Below are positions 51,205 through 63,300 of a stretch of 64,000 nucleotides of DNA, one piece after another; positions within the stretch are counted from its first letter, which is position 1; each line of letters opens with the position of its first letter. A model generated the notes under the pieces. That model saw only the letters and a list, made by a program, of their open reading frames with translations, did no database searches and was not told where the DNA came from. The DNA is from Candidatus Hodarchaeota archaeon (GTDB lineage Archaea > Asgardarchaeota > Lokiarchaeia > Sigyniarchaeales > SOKP01): NCBI GenBank assembly GCA_048887225.1, contig JBHLJY010000001.1:352001-416000 (forward strand), read 5' to 3'. The position numbers were made by a program, and so were the translations under genes.

Positions 51205-52977
51205 ATGAGAATTATGAATGAAAATAGTAAAAAAGTAGAAGATAATGAAAAAGAACAGCGAATCAAACAATATGAAGAAAGGAAAAAACGAGAAAACGAA
51301 ATTTCAAATCAAGCTTTAGAATTAATGGGAAGAGCTACCGAATTAGCAAAAACTAAGGATTATGAGGAAGCATTAAATTTATATAATGAGGCAGTGGAAC
51401 TCCTAAAAGAAATAAATTGGACAGACCAAATTCAAACGATTCAAAAAACAATTAGTCAATTAGAAATAGAAAAAATACATTATTTTCAGGGCTTAGAAAA
51501 GCAAAAAGCTAGGGAAGAGAGACAACGTAAATTAGATGCTGAACAAGCCGCTGCGTTAGAGGAACAGGTAAGAAAACAAAAGGAAATGGAAGAACAAAGA
51601 ATTGCCCAGTATAAAGAAAAGAAGGAAAAGGAGGAGAAAGCTTCAAACCAAGCTTACGAATTAATGGAAAAAGCTTCAGAATTAGTTAATGCTCATGAAT
51701 TCGATAAAGCTTTAGAAATATATAATGAGTCCTTGGAATTATTTAAAGAGATTAATTGGACCCATGAAATTCAAACAACTCAAAAAACGATAAGTAGAGT
51801 GAGAATAGAAAAAGAACAATACTTTAAAGGATTAGAGGAAAAAAAAACTCGAGAAGAGCGAGAACGGAGGTTGAAAGCAGAACAGGAAGCCAAATTAGAA
51901 GAAGAAGCTCGCAAATTAAGAGAAAAAGAAGAACGAGAAAGAGCACAAAAGCTTGCAGCATTGGAGGATGAAAAACAATTCAAGCAGCGCATTACTGACA
52001 TGGGTGAAGAAGCTGATAAAATGGTGAGAGAATACGAGGTTGAGATAAAAAAGGGAAATTTCGAAATTGAGCCTCCCTATGAACAAGCACTAGGAATTTA
52101 TAGGAATTTACATCAGATGCTCCTTGATAGAGGTTGGAGTGAACAAGCTAGAATTGCATCCAATCAAATAACACATCTTAAGAACAAATTAGAACAAGAT
52201 AAATATTTAAGAGAAGTTGAAGTAGAAAAAATAAGAAAACACCAAGAATATTTAGACTCCTTGAAATTTACAAAGAAAGAAAAAGATATGTCAGAGTATG
52301 AAAGGAAGAGGAAAGAAGAGGAGGATTTTCAAAACCAAATCAACGACATTATGAATGAAGCGGATAGAATGCACAGAGATTACGAGATTGAATTTCGAGA
52401 TAGAGGTATAGAAGTACCGTGCCCTTATCACGATATAATAAGAAAATATCTAGATTTAAAAGAAATGTTAAAGGAAAGAGGCTGGGAAGGACAAGTAGAT
52501 ATCATAAATAAACAACTAAAATTTTATAAAGACATGTTAGAACAAGACGAAAAACTGAGAGACGTTGAGGAAGAGAAAATAAGAAAGCATCAAGAATATT
52601 TAGACTCATTGAAATTTACAAAGAAAGAAAAAGATATGTCTGAGTATGAAAAGAAGAGGAAAGAAGAGGAGGATTTTCAAAATCAAATCAACAACGTTAT
52701 GAATGAAGCGGATAGAATGCACAGAGATTACGAGATTGAATTTCGTAAAAGAGGTATAGAAGTACCGTGCCCTTATCACGATATAATAAGAAAATATCTA
52801 GATTTAAAAGACATGTTAAAGGAAAGAGGTTGGGAAGGACAAGTAGATATTATAAATAAACAACTCAAATTTTATAAAGACAAATTAGACCAAGATAAAA
52901 AACTACGAGAGATTGAAGCTCAAAAAATACAGAAACAAAAGGAATACGAAAATCACATGAGGGTAAAAAAAGATTGA
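51205..52977 (+). CDS. Highly charged helical-repeat (TPR/MIT-like plus coiled-coil) protein
   Basis: Two copies of the A..LM..A.EL....Y/F..AL..YNE...L.KEINWT unit, then three ~116-aa units. Confidence 0.75.
   Translation: MRIMNENSKKVEDNEKEQRIKQYEERKKRENEISNQALELMGRATELAKTKDYEEALNLYNEAVELLKEINWTDQIQTIQKTISQLEIEKIHYFQGLEKQKAREERQRKLDAEQAAALEEQVRKQKEMEEQRIAQYKEKKEKEEKASNQAYELMEKASELVNAHEFDKALEIYNESLELFKEINWTHEIQTTQKTISRVRIEKEQYFKGLEEKKTREERERRLKAEQEAKLEEEARKLREKEERERAQKLAALEDEKQFKQRITDMGEEADKMVREYEVEIKKGNFEIEPPYEQALGIYRNLHQMLLDRGWSEQARIASNQITHLKNKLEQDKYLREVEVEKIRKHQEYLDSLKFTKKEKDMSEYERKRKEEEDFQNQINDIMNEADRMHRDYEIEFRDRGIEVPCPYHDIIRKYLDLKEMLKERGWEGQVDIINKQLKFYKDMLEQDEKLRDVEEEKIRKHQEYLDSLKFTKKEKDMSEYEKKRKEEEDFQNQINNVMNEADRMHRDYEIEFRKRGIEVPCPYHDIIRKYLDLKDMLKERGWEGQVDIINKQLKFYKDKLDQDKKLREIEAQKIQKQKEYENHMRVKKD
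52190..52920 (+). repeat. Intragenic 348-bp tandem duplication
   Basis: ATAAGAAA.CA.CAAGAATATTTAGACTC at 52231 and 52579; near-identical DNA over the unit. Confidence 0.9.
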
Positions 52978-53161
52978 TCTAATTAAGAGTATGTACCAAA
53001 GATGCGGTAATACCAAAATTACCAGTTATTTTTTAACTGATTTTAGATTTAATATTTTTTATAAAATATAAATTAAAAATTCTATACCATCTTTTTTCTT
53101 AAAAAATTTGAAAGACAATAGTAAATTATTAATTAATTTTAAGTAAGTTTGAGAAAACTAA

Positions 53162-54295
53162 ATGAGTAAAGTCGGTATTGCTACACTTCCTTTGCATGGT
53201 GGTAAAGCGCCAGCGTGGTTATTTAAACGAATGGTAATATTAGCAAAACCAATGTTTAAAATTTTATTTGATGAGGAGGGACCTAACGGCATTTTAAAAA
53301 AGTTATCTGATACATATTGGTTTCAGGGATTATCTTGTATATTAGGTTATGATTGGCATTCAAGTGGTACGACAACTGTTTTAGGAGGTGTATTAAGAGA
53401 AGTTTTAAATCCAAAAGATCATAAATTGATTGTTGCTGGAGGAAAAGGTAAAACATCATTAAAAGTAAAAGATCATTTACTTAACAACGCAAAATCATTA
53501 GATTATTCTGAAGATGATGTAGAAGAGTTAAGTGAAACTAGTAGATTAGTAGCAAAAATAGATAATGCTGCAATTCAAGATGGATTCTCCCTATACCATC
53601 ATTTAATGGTTGTTTCAGAACACAATTGGGCGATAATACAACAGGGTATTGATGAGAATATACAAAAAGCAAGGCGATATCATTGGCTTTCTCAAGAATT
53701 AAATAGCTTCTTAAATGATCCTCATACTGATATTAGCTCAGAAATCCTTAAAGACAAAGCTTTAAATATGGCATCGAGGGATAGCCACGAATGTAGGAAA
53801 GTTTCCTTGGATTTAATAACAGAGGGATCAAAAAGAATTAAGAGATACTTGAGTAAGTTAAAGGATCGGAATCAAACGACGTTGGGTGATTTCGTTAATC
53901 CAAATCAGCCAATTTCGCTCAATAACTTGCCTCATCTTAACATGCCAATACCATTTAATTTGAAATGGGAGAGTGTAGAAATGGCAAAAGAATTAGCTAT
54001 TACTGATTATACTGAATTATTAAAAATTCGAGGTTTAGGACCAGGTTTAATAAGGGCATTAGCATTAATCTCTGAGTTTATGTGGGGTGAAGCCCCAAGT
54101 TGGAAAGATCCTGCAAAATATGCTTATGCAGTGGGGGGAAAAGATGGAATTCCTTATTTTACAAATATAAAAAGAATGGAACGATGTGCGCAAATCTTAG
54201 AAAATGCATTAAATCAAGCCCGTTTGAACAAAAGAGATAAAATAAATGCTCTCAAAAGGCTCCATACGTTTAACAAAAGGAAGATGTTGATATAG
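53162..54295 (+). CDS. DUF763 domain protein
   Basis: LPLHGGKAPAWLFKRM, GYDWHSSGTTT, QDGFSLYHH, ARRYHW, GGKDGIPY. Confidence 0.88.
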   Translation: MSKVGIATLPLHGGKAPAWLFKRMVILAKPMFKILFDEEGPNGILKKLSDTYWFQGLSCILGYDWHSSGTTTVLGGVLREVLNPKDHKLIVAGGKGKTSLKVKDHLLNNAKSLDYSEDDVEELSETSRLVAKIDNAAIQDGFSLYHHLMVVSEHNWAIIQQGIDENIQKARRYHWLSQELNSFLNDPHTDISSEILKDKALNMASRDSHECRKVSLDLITEGSKRIKRYLSKLKDRNQTTLGDFVNPNQPISLNNLPHLNMPIPFNLKWESVEMAKELAITDYTELLKIRGLGPGLIRALALISEFMWGEAPSWKDPAKYAYAVGGKDGIPYFTNIKRMERCAQILENALNQARLNKRDKINALKRLHTFNKRKMLI

Positions 54296-54304
54296 AGATT
54301 AATA

Positions 54305-55657
54305 TCATTTTTCTGACGATCCATTTTCGGAATTATCTTTACCTTCAATTATTTTTTTAATCGATTCTTGCCATTTATTCCCCCAGCTTTTAATCTTATC
54401 TCCAATTTTTTTACCCATGGCAAGCATTCCTAACTCAAATGGAGATGGTTCAGCTTCGGGTCTTGTAAAAAACGCCCCTATATATTTAAACACTTGCTTT
54501 AGTGTATATTTGTCAACCATAAATTCTTTAAATCGGTTTGATGATTTAAAGACAATAATAGCAATCAAGATTGTCAATAAAGAACATATTAAAAAAATCC
54601 GATGGTAAATAGTAATCAATTCCAAGTTTGGTATAAAGAATGTTGGGAGTATTGGGATATCAATTTTAAAAAATGAATCTAAAATTGCCATATGATAACC
54701 AAGTGCAATTCCCATGATAATTAAAACAAGTCCTCGTTCCCCAAATATAGTTCTGAGTCGATCTGTAAAATATAGTCTAGATTGGAAGCGAATAGGTACT
54801 TCATGTGGTTTTAATCGGGTTGGAGTCTCAGAAATTCGTCTTGTAAAGCTCTGAACTAAAAAAAGAACAATAATTAATAAAAAAACCATGTCAACAATTA
54901 AGGAGAGAAAGGATGTGCTTATAGTAGAAAAACTCATCACCAAGTGAAAAAACATAAATATATAAAAAAATCCAAGAGCAGTAGCAAAATTAACAATTCC
55001 AGGAACGGATTCGACTTTCTCAGGTGCTCTCTTTATCAAGATTAATAAAATTAGCATGGTGATGATTCCAAAAATACCAAGAATTAAACCTCCGATAGAA
55101 TGGTTAAATATTATTAATAAGATGTAAAGTGGAATGGATACTAAGATTATAATTTTTATGAGATAACCAAAAAAAATATGTTCATTTGGCATGCCAAGTG
55201 CAATTACTTTCTTAGGAAATGATGTAAAGAAATATAGCGTTAAAAAAAACAAAGACAATAAAGAAATAAGAATCCATATTAAAAGGTAAAACAATTTAGA
55301 ATATCTAAAAAACACGTGGCTATATTCCAATTCAAAATAAAAAAGGGCAAAAATAAAGAGACCAAGAACACTGAATGCAACTATATAGTATAAGAAAAGA
55401 CTTTTAATCCTTCCAATTAAGACACCAGAAATTATTATTCCAAATGAAACAAATAGCTCAAATAAAAACAAGAACTGAATGATTCTTAAGGATATTAAAA
55501 GATTCAAATAATAAAGTATGGCCAAGACTGTATTAAGTGCCATAATAAAGAGAGTTATGAGTGCGAAAGGTAAATATTCCTTCCGCTTCAATTTTTGAAT
55601 CCCTCCAAAGATTTGATTTTTTAAGAACCAAGATAGAGTTCTTTCAAGATAAGACAT
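54305..55657 (-). CDS. Hypothetical multi-pass membrane protein
   Basis: About 10 hydrophobic helices. Confidence 0.75.
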   Translation of the reverse strand: MSYLERTLSWFLKNQIFGGIQKLKRKEYLPFALITLFIMALNTVLAILYYLNLLISLRIIQFLFLFELFVSFGIIISGVLIGRIKSLFLYYIVAFSVLGLFIFALFYFELEYSHVFFRYSKLFYLLIWILISLLSLFFLTLYFFTSFPKKVIALGMPNEHIFFGYLIKIIILVSIPLYILLIIFNHSIGGLILGIFGIITMLILLILIKRAPEKVESVPGIVNFATALGFFYIFMFFHLVMSFSTISTSFLSLIVDMVFLLIIVLFLVQSFTRRISETPTRLKPHEVPIRFQSRLYFTDRLRTIFGERGLVLIIMGIALGYHMAILDSFFKIDIPILPTFFIPNLELITIYHRIFLICSLLTILIAIIVFKSSNRFKEFMVDKYTLKQVFKYIGAFFTRPEAEPSPFELGMLAMGKKIGDKIKSWGNKWQESIKKIIEGKDNSENGSSEK

Positions 55658-55905
55658 GAATGGATAAATGAATAAAAGTATAAAATTATTAGTTTCTTCT
55701 TAGAATATGCTATTTTCTAATAACTTAGATTATTTCACATTATAACAATATTTGTATTTTATATAAATCATTTTTAAGATTTGGACAGTAATTTTATAAG
55801 AAAAATTCACTCAAACTATGGAAAACATTTAAAGAAAATTTAAAATTCAGTAATTAATTTTCCAAAATAATTTATTAATTTATTAAAATAATAAAAAAAA
55901 CAAGT

Positions 55906-57399
55906 TTGAATAAAATGTCATATAAATTACCAGATGATAAAGATTTAGAAGCCATGATTGGCATTGTAGGTAAGCAATACGCCACAAACAACAAAGCTAT
56001 AACAGCGTCCTACCTTGCCAAATCTGTCATGGGCTTAGAAAGTCAAATTCCTGATATTGTCGTACGACCAAAATATGTCGAAGAAATCCGTAAAATCCTT
56101 ATATATTGTACGGCTGAGAAAATTGCAGTCTCTCCGGTTTCTGGAGGATTATCTGGTGGTTTTTCATGTCCAACTATCAAGCCCGGAGGAATCCTTATCG
56201 ATTTAAGTAGAATGAAAAGAATAATTGAAATCGACGAGGCTAACCGCTATGCCATTGTTGAGCCAGGGGTAACTATAGGGGAACTCTGGGCGTATATGCA
56301 TAAAAATCATCCAGATTGGGCACCCCCTATACCAGATGGCGCTCCACCGGCAAGTACAGTAATGGGAGATGCTATTGACCGTGGTTTCGCACTATACACC
56401 TCTAGTGTAGGACCACAAGGAGATAATTTCATGTGTGCGGAAATAGTATTTCCGAACGGAGATGTCCTTCGGACCGGCTCTTGGGCACTTCCTTTTGCTA
56501 AACCTTTCTACAAATACGGTTTAGGACCTGATATTTGGTCATTCATTATGGGTAGTCAAGGAGCTTTGGGTATAGTCACAAAAGTCGCCGTTAAAATTTA
56601 TCCCCACCCCGAATTTAAGACCGTTATTACATGGGGTATGTCTAATCCTTACGATATGCAAGATTTAACCCTTGAATTAGGTCATTTAGAATTTGGAATT
56701 GCCCATAACACAGTTATGGTGCAGGGAGGTAATTATCCACTTGTTATGACACGCTGGCCAAAAGATAAAATACCTCATGATTATAAGTTCTATGAAGAAA
56801 TTGGAATCCCTAAATGGTGGATGAATTGGGAGATTTGGGCTCAAGAACAAAGTGAAATGGATCATGTGATTGATGTAATCAATAAAAGGGCTAAAGATTT
56901 CAAAGAAAATCGAGCTAAAGACGGTGCGGCAATGAAACCTTGGGAACTTCATCCTAAGCAAATAGCAAGCAGGCTAAAAAAGCCAAATAAAATAGCTGTA
57001 CCATATGGTTTTTACGAAGCAGGATTCTTGTTTATTACATGGTATACACCTTGGCCAGAGTGCGCAGAATTTGCAGAGATGTACGTTGCAGCAGCAGAAA
57101 AATATGGTATTCCTCCTACACTTTGGATTGCGAGCATAGAACGCTGTAGACAAGCAATTTGCATGCCAATTGTATGTTTTGATAGTACAAAAGAAGAGGA
57201 CTTTGAGAAAGTCCAAGATCTCAATCGAGAAACTACAGAATACGGTTTAAAAAGAGGGTGGTTAAATTATCGTCCTGACCCTTACATACATATAGAAGCT
57301 TATTATCAGGCAGGGATGTATTGGAAATACCTAAGAAAAATAAAGAAGATGTTTGATCCTAATATGATAATGCATCCGGGTAGATTGGCCCTACCCTAA
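55906..57399 (+). CDS. FAD-binding oxidoreductase (GlcD/VAO family)
   Basis: PDIVVRP, IVEPGVT, GPDIWSFIMGSQGALGIVTK, KKMFDPNMIMHPG. ATG 55915 is also possible. Confidence 0.9.
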   Translation: MNKMSYKLPDDKDLEAMIGIVGKQYATNNKAITASYLAKSVMGLESQIPDIVVRPKYVEEIRKILIYCTAEKIAVSPVSGGLSGGFSCPTIKPGGILIDLSRMKRIIEIDEANRYAIVEPGVTIGELWAYMHKNHPDWAPPIPDGAPPASTVMGDAIDRGFALYTSSVGPQGDNFMCAEIVFPNGDVLRTGSWALPFAKPFYKYGLGPDIWSFIMGSQGALGIVTKVAVKIYPHPEFKTVITWGMSNPYDMQDLTLELGHLEFGIAHNTVMVQGGNYPLVMTRWPKDKIPHDYKFYEEIGIPKWWMNWEIWAQEQSEMDHVIDVINKRAKDFKENRAKDGAAMKPWELHPKQIASRLKKPNKIAVPYGFYEAGFLFITWYTPWPECAEFAEMYVAAAEKYGIPPTLWIASIERCRQAICMPIVCFDSTKEEDFEKVQDLNRETTEYGLKRGWLNYRPDPYIHIEAYYQAGMYWKYLRKIKKMFDPNMIMHPGRLALP

Positions 57400-57421
57400 T
57401 CAAAATAAGGAGGTAAAAAAA

Positions 57422-58807
57422 ATGGCTAAAAGTGGAATTGAACGGCTCAATGAGCTGAAGAAAGAAATATTCAAATGTATTCACTGTAAGGCTTGTCGCT
57501 TCGCTTACTCAGGCGAGCCTAGTAGAAAAGGAATTGGTGAGCACCAAGGCAAACAAGGAGATGTGCTCTATGAAGGTATGGTAGATGCTTGCCCAGCAGG
57601 TATAGAATATGGATGGGAGGCATTCTGGAACGCTGGTAAAATCTGGATAGCTCGATCAATTCTTAATGGTGATCTAGAATTTTCTGAGGAAGTCCGAGAT
57701 GTAATATTACCATGTATTACATGCGGCATGTGTAGTGCGCAGTGTGAAAATAAGATTCCAACCGTAGACATAATTGAATCATTACGAGCAGCATGTATAG
57801 AAGCTGGTGTTCCCTTAATTGATAAACATGAATTGGTTAAAAAATTAACGGAGGAAAGAAATAATCCTTATGGCGGTGCTGCTGATGAGCGATTGAAATG
57901 GGCAAAAGATGCAGGTTTAGAGAAATTTATTAATAATAAAGATGCAAAAATTGCCTATTATGTGGGCTGTACTGCAAGTTATCGTCAAGTAGAAGTAGCT
58001 ATCGCAACCGCAAAACTTTTCGAGCAATTAGGGATTAATTTTACGATCGTTGAGGATGAAGTATGCTGTGGCAGCCCATTTTTTAGAATTGGTGCTGTAG
58101 ATACTGCTCAAGAATTAATGAAGAAAAATCTCGCAGCCTTTAAGAATGTAAAGAAGGTATATTTTTCTTGTGCTGGTTGTTATAGAACATTTACTGTTGA
58201 TTATCCGAAGTGGATGGGTGGTGAAGATGAAAAACTTCCTTTTAAAACTATGCATGCTTTTGAATTAATTGCTCAATTAATCCAGGATGGCAAAATAAAA
58301 TTCAAACCTAATAAAGATCTAAAGGGCAAGGTTGTTACATACCACGATCCATGCCATACAGGAAGGCATTTTGGATTAGAATTTGAACAAGAACTTATTA
58401 AACAAAGCAAGAATTTAATGTTTGATATGCGCAAGATAAAACAAAAAATAGATGAGTGGTTTGAGAAGCCAAGAATTATCTTAAGGAAACTTGAAGAAGA
58501 TGTTGGTATCGTTTTTAAAGAGATGTATCGTATCAAACTCGATAGTATGTGCTGTGGGGCTGGCGGGGGAGTTAGAGCAGGATATCCTGATTTTTCGCTC
58601 AGAACCGCGAGTCTTAGATGCGATGAGGCAAATGCAATAGGCGCAGATATTCTTACAACCGAATGTCCCTTCTGCTGGCGTAATTTAACGGATGCTAATG
58701 ATTTATATGCTCACGGCATGCAAGTATTAGGCGTTCTTCAGATGATCACTGAATATAATTTATTAGATATTGTAGAAAAACCTACAGAAAAAGATTTCTT
58801 AATCTAA
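57422..58807 (+). CDS. Fe-S oxidoreductase, GlcF/HdrD-like (CCG domains)
   Basis: CIHCKAC, CITCGMC, EVCCG, YHDPCHTGR, CCGAGGG, TECPFC. Confidence 0.9.
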   Translation: MAKSGIERLNELKKEIFKCIHCKACRFAYSGEPSRKGIGEHQGKQGDVLYEGMVDACPAGIEYGWEAFWNAGKIWIARSILNGDLEFSEEVRDVILPCITCGMCSAQCENKIPTVDIIESLRAACIEAGVPLIDKHELVKKLTEERNNPYGGAADERLKWAKDAGLEKFINNKDAKIAYYVGCTASYRQVEVAIATAKLFEQLGINFTIVEDEVCCGSPFFRIGAVDTAQELMKKNLAAFKNVKKVYFSCAGCYRTFTVDYPKWMGGEDEKLPFKTMHAFELIAQLIQDGKIKFKPNKDLKGKVVTYHDPCHTGRHFGLEFEQELIKQSKNLMFDMRKIKQKIDEWFEKPRIILRKLEEDVGIVFKEMYRIKLDSMCCGAGGGVRAGYPDFSLRTASLRCDEANAIGADILTTECPFCWRNLTDANDLYAHGMQVLGVLQMITEYNLLDIVEKPTEKDFLI

Positions 58808-58812
58808 AGAAC

Positions 58813-58846
58813 ACGAGCTTATTGCTCGTAATTTTTTATTTTCTTT
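58813..58846 (+). terminator. Hairpin plus T-tract between convergent genes
   Basis: ACGAGC-TTATT-GCTCGT followed by AATTTTTTATTTTCTTT. Confidence 0.6.
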
Positions 58847-60031
58847 TTATTTCAAAAAATCTTCAATGAGATTATAGACTATTTCCAAAATCTCTAAATT
58901 TGGTAAAAATGTAAGCCTTATATGTCCTTTACCGTAATTTCCAAAACCAGAACCATATACACCACAAACACCTGTTTTTTTAACTAGCTCTATTACAAAT
59001 TCCTTGTCATCCTTCCATTTTGAAAATTCATTAAAATCTATTTTTGGAAATAAATAAAACGCTCCATCTGCATTATTACATGATATCCCTTCAATTTGTC
59101 GCAGTCTTTTGTAAGAATAATCGCGTCTTTCTTTTAATTTCTTGACCATATTATCAGTGTGGTTACCGGGATTCCTCAATGCTTCTATCGCTGCATATTG
59201 TGCAATTGAGTTTGCACATAACCTAGCTCTTGCCATCTTTGCTAATCCTTCTTTTAATTCTTTTAATTTGTTCTCTGGGTCATGATAATAAAGATAACCA
59301 ATTCTCCATCCTGTAGCAAGATGAGCTTTTGAAAAACCGTTCATTCCTATTATAGGAACATCTTTAGTAAGGGAAGCTGGACAAGTGTATTCTTTTTCAT
59401 AAATTATTTGATCGTATATTTCATCCGATATAATTGGTAAATTATATTCTCCGGCAATATCTATTATTTCTTTTACTTTTTTATGGGTATAGACTACGCC
59501 AGTTGGATTATTTGGAGATGCTATTAATATCCCTTGTGTCTTATCCGTTATTTTCTTTCTTAAATCGTCGATATTAGGGTCCCAATCGTTGCCTTCGTCA
59601 AGTTCGTATTCAATAGGTATACCCTCAAAAAACTTAGCATAATTAATATATACGGGATAAGATGGTCCAGGAATTAAGATTTCGCTGTTTTTCTCTATTA
59701 TTCCTGCTAAAACGAAAAAAATTCCCTCAGTAACACCAGAAGTAATTAAAATATCATCAGCAGTAGTTTCTACATAGTTTTTACGTCTTTCATAATTGCT
59801 AATTTCTTCGCGAAGTTCATATACACCTAAGGAATCAACATAAAAATTTTGACCTTTAAATGTTGCTTCGGCCAATGCCTGTGAAATATATTCCGGAGTT
59901 CCGAAATCGTATTTTACAGGATCCCCTATATTTAAATGGTAAACCTTTTTTCCGCTCTTCTTTACATGATTAGCCACAACCGCCACATCGCGTATCGCGT
60001 ACTCTAAATCTCTAATCCTTCTAGATACCAT
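58847..60031 (-). CDS. PLP-dependent aminotransferase class I/II (alanine aminotransferase-like)
   Basis: LEYAIRDV, LNIGDP, PNNPTG, SDEIY, NGFSKAHLATGWRIGY. Confidence 0.92.
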   Translation of the reverse strand: MVSRRIRDLEYAIRDVAVVANHVKKSGKKVYHLNIGDPVKYDFGTPEYISQALAEATFKGQNFYVDSLGVYELREEISNYERRKNYVETTADDILITSGVTEGIFFVLAGIIEKNSEILIPGPSYPVYINYAKFFEGIPIEYELDEGNDWDPNIDDLRKKITDKTQGILIASPNNPTGVVYTHKKVKEIIDIAGEYNLPIISDEIYDQIIYEKEYTCPASLTKDVPIIGMNGFSKAHLATGWRIGYLYYHDPENKLKELKEGLAKMARARLCANSIAQYAAIEALRNPGNHTDNMVKKLKERRDYSYKRLRQIEGISCNNADGAFYLFPKIDFNEFSKWKDDKEFVIELVKKTGVCGVYGSGFGNYGKGHIRLTFLPNLEILEIVYNLIEDFLK

Positions 60032-60308
60032 TAAAGAACAACAAACCAGTTATAAAATCTGAAACGTTTATTGCTTATATAAAGTATTATAAAGTTAAAT
60101 AATATTATTATTAGCAAAAAAAGAAATGAGTAAGTTCTTATTAATATCAAAACAATTGCTTTAATGAATGTGATATATTAGAAATTGGTCTCCGAAAGAT
60201 TAATTATTATTTTTATCGATTTTTTAGACATTATAAATGAAACATAAAAATAAATGAATTTGTCACCTTTAATATCAAAACGAATTTTTTCGGAGTTTTT
60301 AACTATAC

Positions 60309-63300
60309 TTGATTAAAGAAAATTTGATTTTCAAGGAAGATTTAGTAGATGGAAAATCCGGTTATCCTTACATTACAATTTTTAAAAAGGAACCGTTTAG
60401 ATCTTTTATTTTATTAAGAAAAAGGGAGATTGGGTCTTTTTATATTAGAAAATATGAGGAGGTCGTAGAATTTTATCAATTTTTTAATAAAAATTTACTA
60501 AAAAACAAATTTCTTAACCTCGAAAATATTTACTGGTTTCTCTTATTAAGAAAATATTTAAAACAAGAGAAGAAAGATAATAAAAATAAATTATACGATT
60601 TCATTAGGAAATGTGAATTTACTAAAGGTGACATATTAGGTTTTAAATTTTCTCCCTATTCAAATCAAAAAGAGCCTGATATCTGGTCCACTTATTTCGC
60701 TTTAGCTAGTATGAAATTATTAGGAGTTTTAAAAGAATTTTTTGCTTCGCATGGTCAAAAGCGAGTAATAAGAGGTATTAAAAACTTTATCACTCTGCAC
60801 AATAAAGGGGATATATTCCTACATTGTCTAGATAAAGATTGCGAAATTTGTAAAAAGATGTCATCAGCAAGAACCTTGTATTTCGCATTAGAAGTTTTAA
60901 GGTTTTTAGGAATAGATACAAGATTAAGTAAAGATTTGTTTCGTTCCTATTTAAGTGATAGAAAACGGGATCCATCAATAGTTTTCAAATTACTATGTCT
61001 TAAACTTTTAGATCTTGATTTTAATGTTAATGATAAAACCCTTCAATATCTTCATCAATTTCAAAAAGAAAACGGCGGTTTTAGTTTTAAAAAAATAAAT
61101 GGAAGAATTAATACCACTTTTTGGCTAGTATATGTTCTTGATATTTATCAATGGTTATTAGATTATAATCCTATGGGTATCTATTCTTTTATAAATTTCG
61201 AGCTAAATGAGATCTTAAGTAACTCTTCCAATCGGAGCCCCATTAGAATAATGGAACTCTCAAAATTAATAATATTATTATCATTTATATGGAAAAAATT
61301 CATCAACAACATCGAAAGACTCTTGTTCAAACAATTAGAGCAAGAAAAATATGTTGATTTAAACCAAATTAAAACATCATTTGGATTGACCCATGGAATT
61401 GAAGAAGTAATTTCCTACATTAATAAATATTATATTTTTAATCTGCGTATTTTGGATAATAAAGTAGAATTGAATAATTATATTCGTGATTTTAATCAGG
61501 AAAAAAAAGCTTTTGTTTTAGATCTTTATGACAAAATCAAAGAAAATAGCATAGTCTCTTTCAAAAAAAAATATCTTAAAAAAATTAAATCAAAATATTA
61601 TCCTGAATCTTTTAAACTGAAAGAAGACATCTTTCCATTAATAAAGGATATGATACAAAGAAACTTTTTAAAAGGTAAGATTATTAAAAGAAGGTTTGAA
61701 TTAGATTTTCTATTAGACAAAATCATTGTGTCCGATACCGAAATTAATACAGATCGATTATTTTACGAAAAAGACAGATTAAAAGAAATTAAAAACGATA
61801 TATTCAATATGACTTTAAAGCTAAGAAATACATCATCGCAAATTAAAGAGGAGATTGAGTCTTATTTAATTTTGGGCGAGATTAATCTTGCTAAAGAAAG
61901 ATTAATGTATGTTTTAAGAGATGCTTTAATGGAAGCAGACTTTCTTAACGAAAACATTGAAAATTCTTTTAATGAGGAATTATATTTTGTTAATATTCAG
62001 GCTATTTTTGAATCAGAAATTACCCGCTGGAACAAATTATATTCCATTTTAAGTAAAGATTTGAATGAAACTAAATCTTATCTTAATGAAAAAATAGCAG
62101 AAAAAGAGGAGATAAGAAATTTAAATAATACATTAGAAAATTTAGATGAGAAAATCTTCACCTTTAAAGAATCAATAAATAAGAAATTTGATGAGTTTAA
62201 GAAGAATTTAAGAGAAGTTAGTGAAAAATATACAGATGATGAATTTTCAATTCTACTTCAAAATTTCGAAAAAATTAGAGAAATTGTTAGCGAATTTGAT
62301 AAAAAATTTTATGAAATTTCCCAAAAAATAATCACAAAAGAAGAAAATATTATTCAAAAACGTAAAGACGTAGTTAATAATTGGATAAGACAAATGAAAG
62401 AATTAGATGATGAGTTTAACTTCTATTCTGATGGTTTTAACTTCTTTAGAGAACATTTAAATAAAATAGATTATTTGAAAAATGCTATTATTCAAGAAAT
62501 TAAACCTATAAAGGAAAAAGCTAGAATTAAAACAAAAGAAAGTCAATTTAAGGAAGCCTTTAATGTTATTAAAGTAGAATCAGATTCTTTGTTAAAAATT
62601 AAAACAAGAGAAATTAAAGATCTTCAAGAGAGTGTTAATAAGGCGATAAAATCTAAACAAAAATTATATCTGCTATATAAACAATTGCAGGAGAAATTAG
62701 ATAATTTGGAAGAGTATTTACTCAAAGAAATCGCACAACAGATCAAATCTTTAAAAACTAAAGTCGTAGAAGAAAGAAATAGGGCAAAAATTGAAGACTT
62801 TGACAATTTTACTTCCCAAGAGATATCTAACTTTAAAAGTATGTTGAATAATTATAAAAAAAGTTTGGATCCATTAAGTGATAAAAATGTTAATGATGTA
62901 ATTAATGGATTTGATAACATTCAAAATAATTTTGATGAGATAGATCGATTATATTCAAAAAAGTTAAAAAACTGTAAAGACCTAGTTGAAGATTTTAATG
63001 AAAAATCCAATGTAACCATTATTCAATGGGATAATTTTAAAGAATATTTTTATAACACAATTGATATTTTAAAAGAAGAACTCATCAATAACATTATTAC
63101 AGAAAAAATTAATTCTATTGCAAACGAAAGAAAAACAAATACTATTAAAGTTATCGAATTAAAAGAGGAGTTGGGGTTAAAATGCAGAGTCTTAATGAAG
63201 AAAATAAAGGAAATGATTGAAATCTCTAAACTAAATGCTAAGCTTTACGATACCGAAAAATGTGTTTTATTATATACTCCCGCATATTATAAAAACAAAG

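Noticed and set aside
53008-53039. Small palindromes GGTAAT-N6-ATTACC and CAGTTA-T5-TAACTG (also CTAAGAT-T-ATCTTAG at 16995-17009)
   Set aside because: Short AT-rich stems, plausible as chance or ordinary terminator/operator elements, with no further support.
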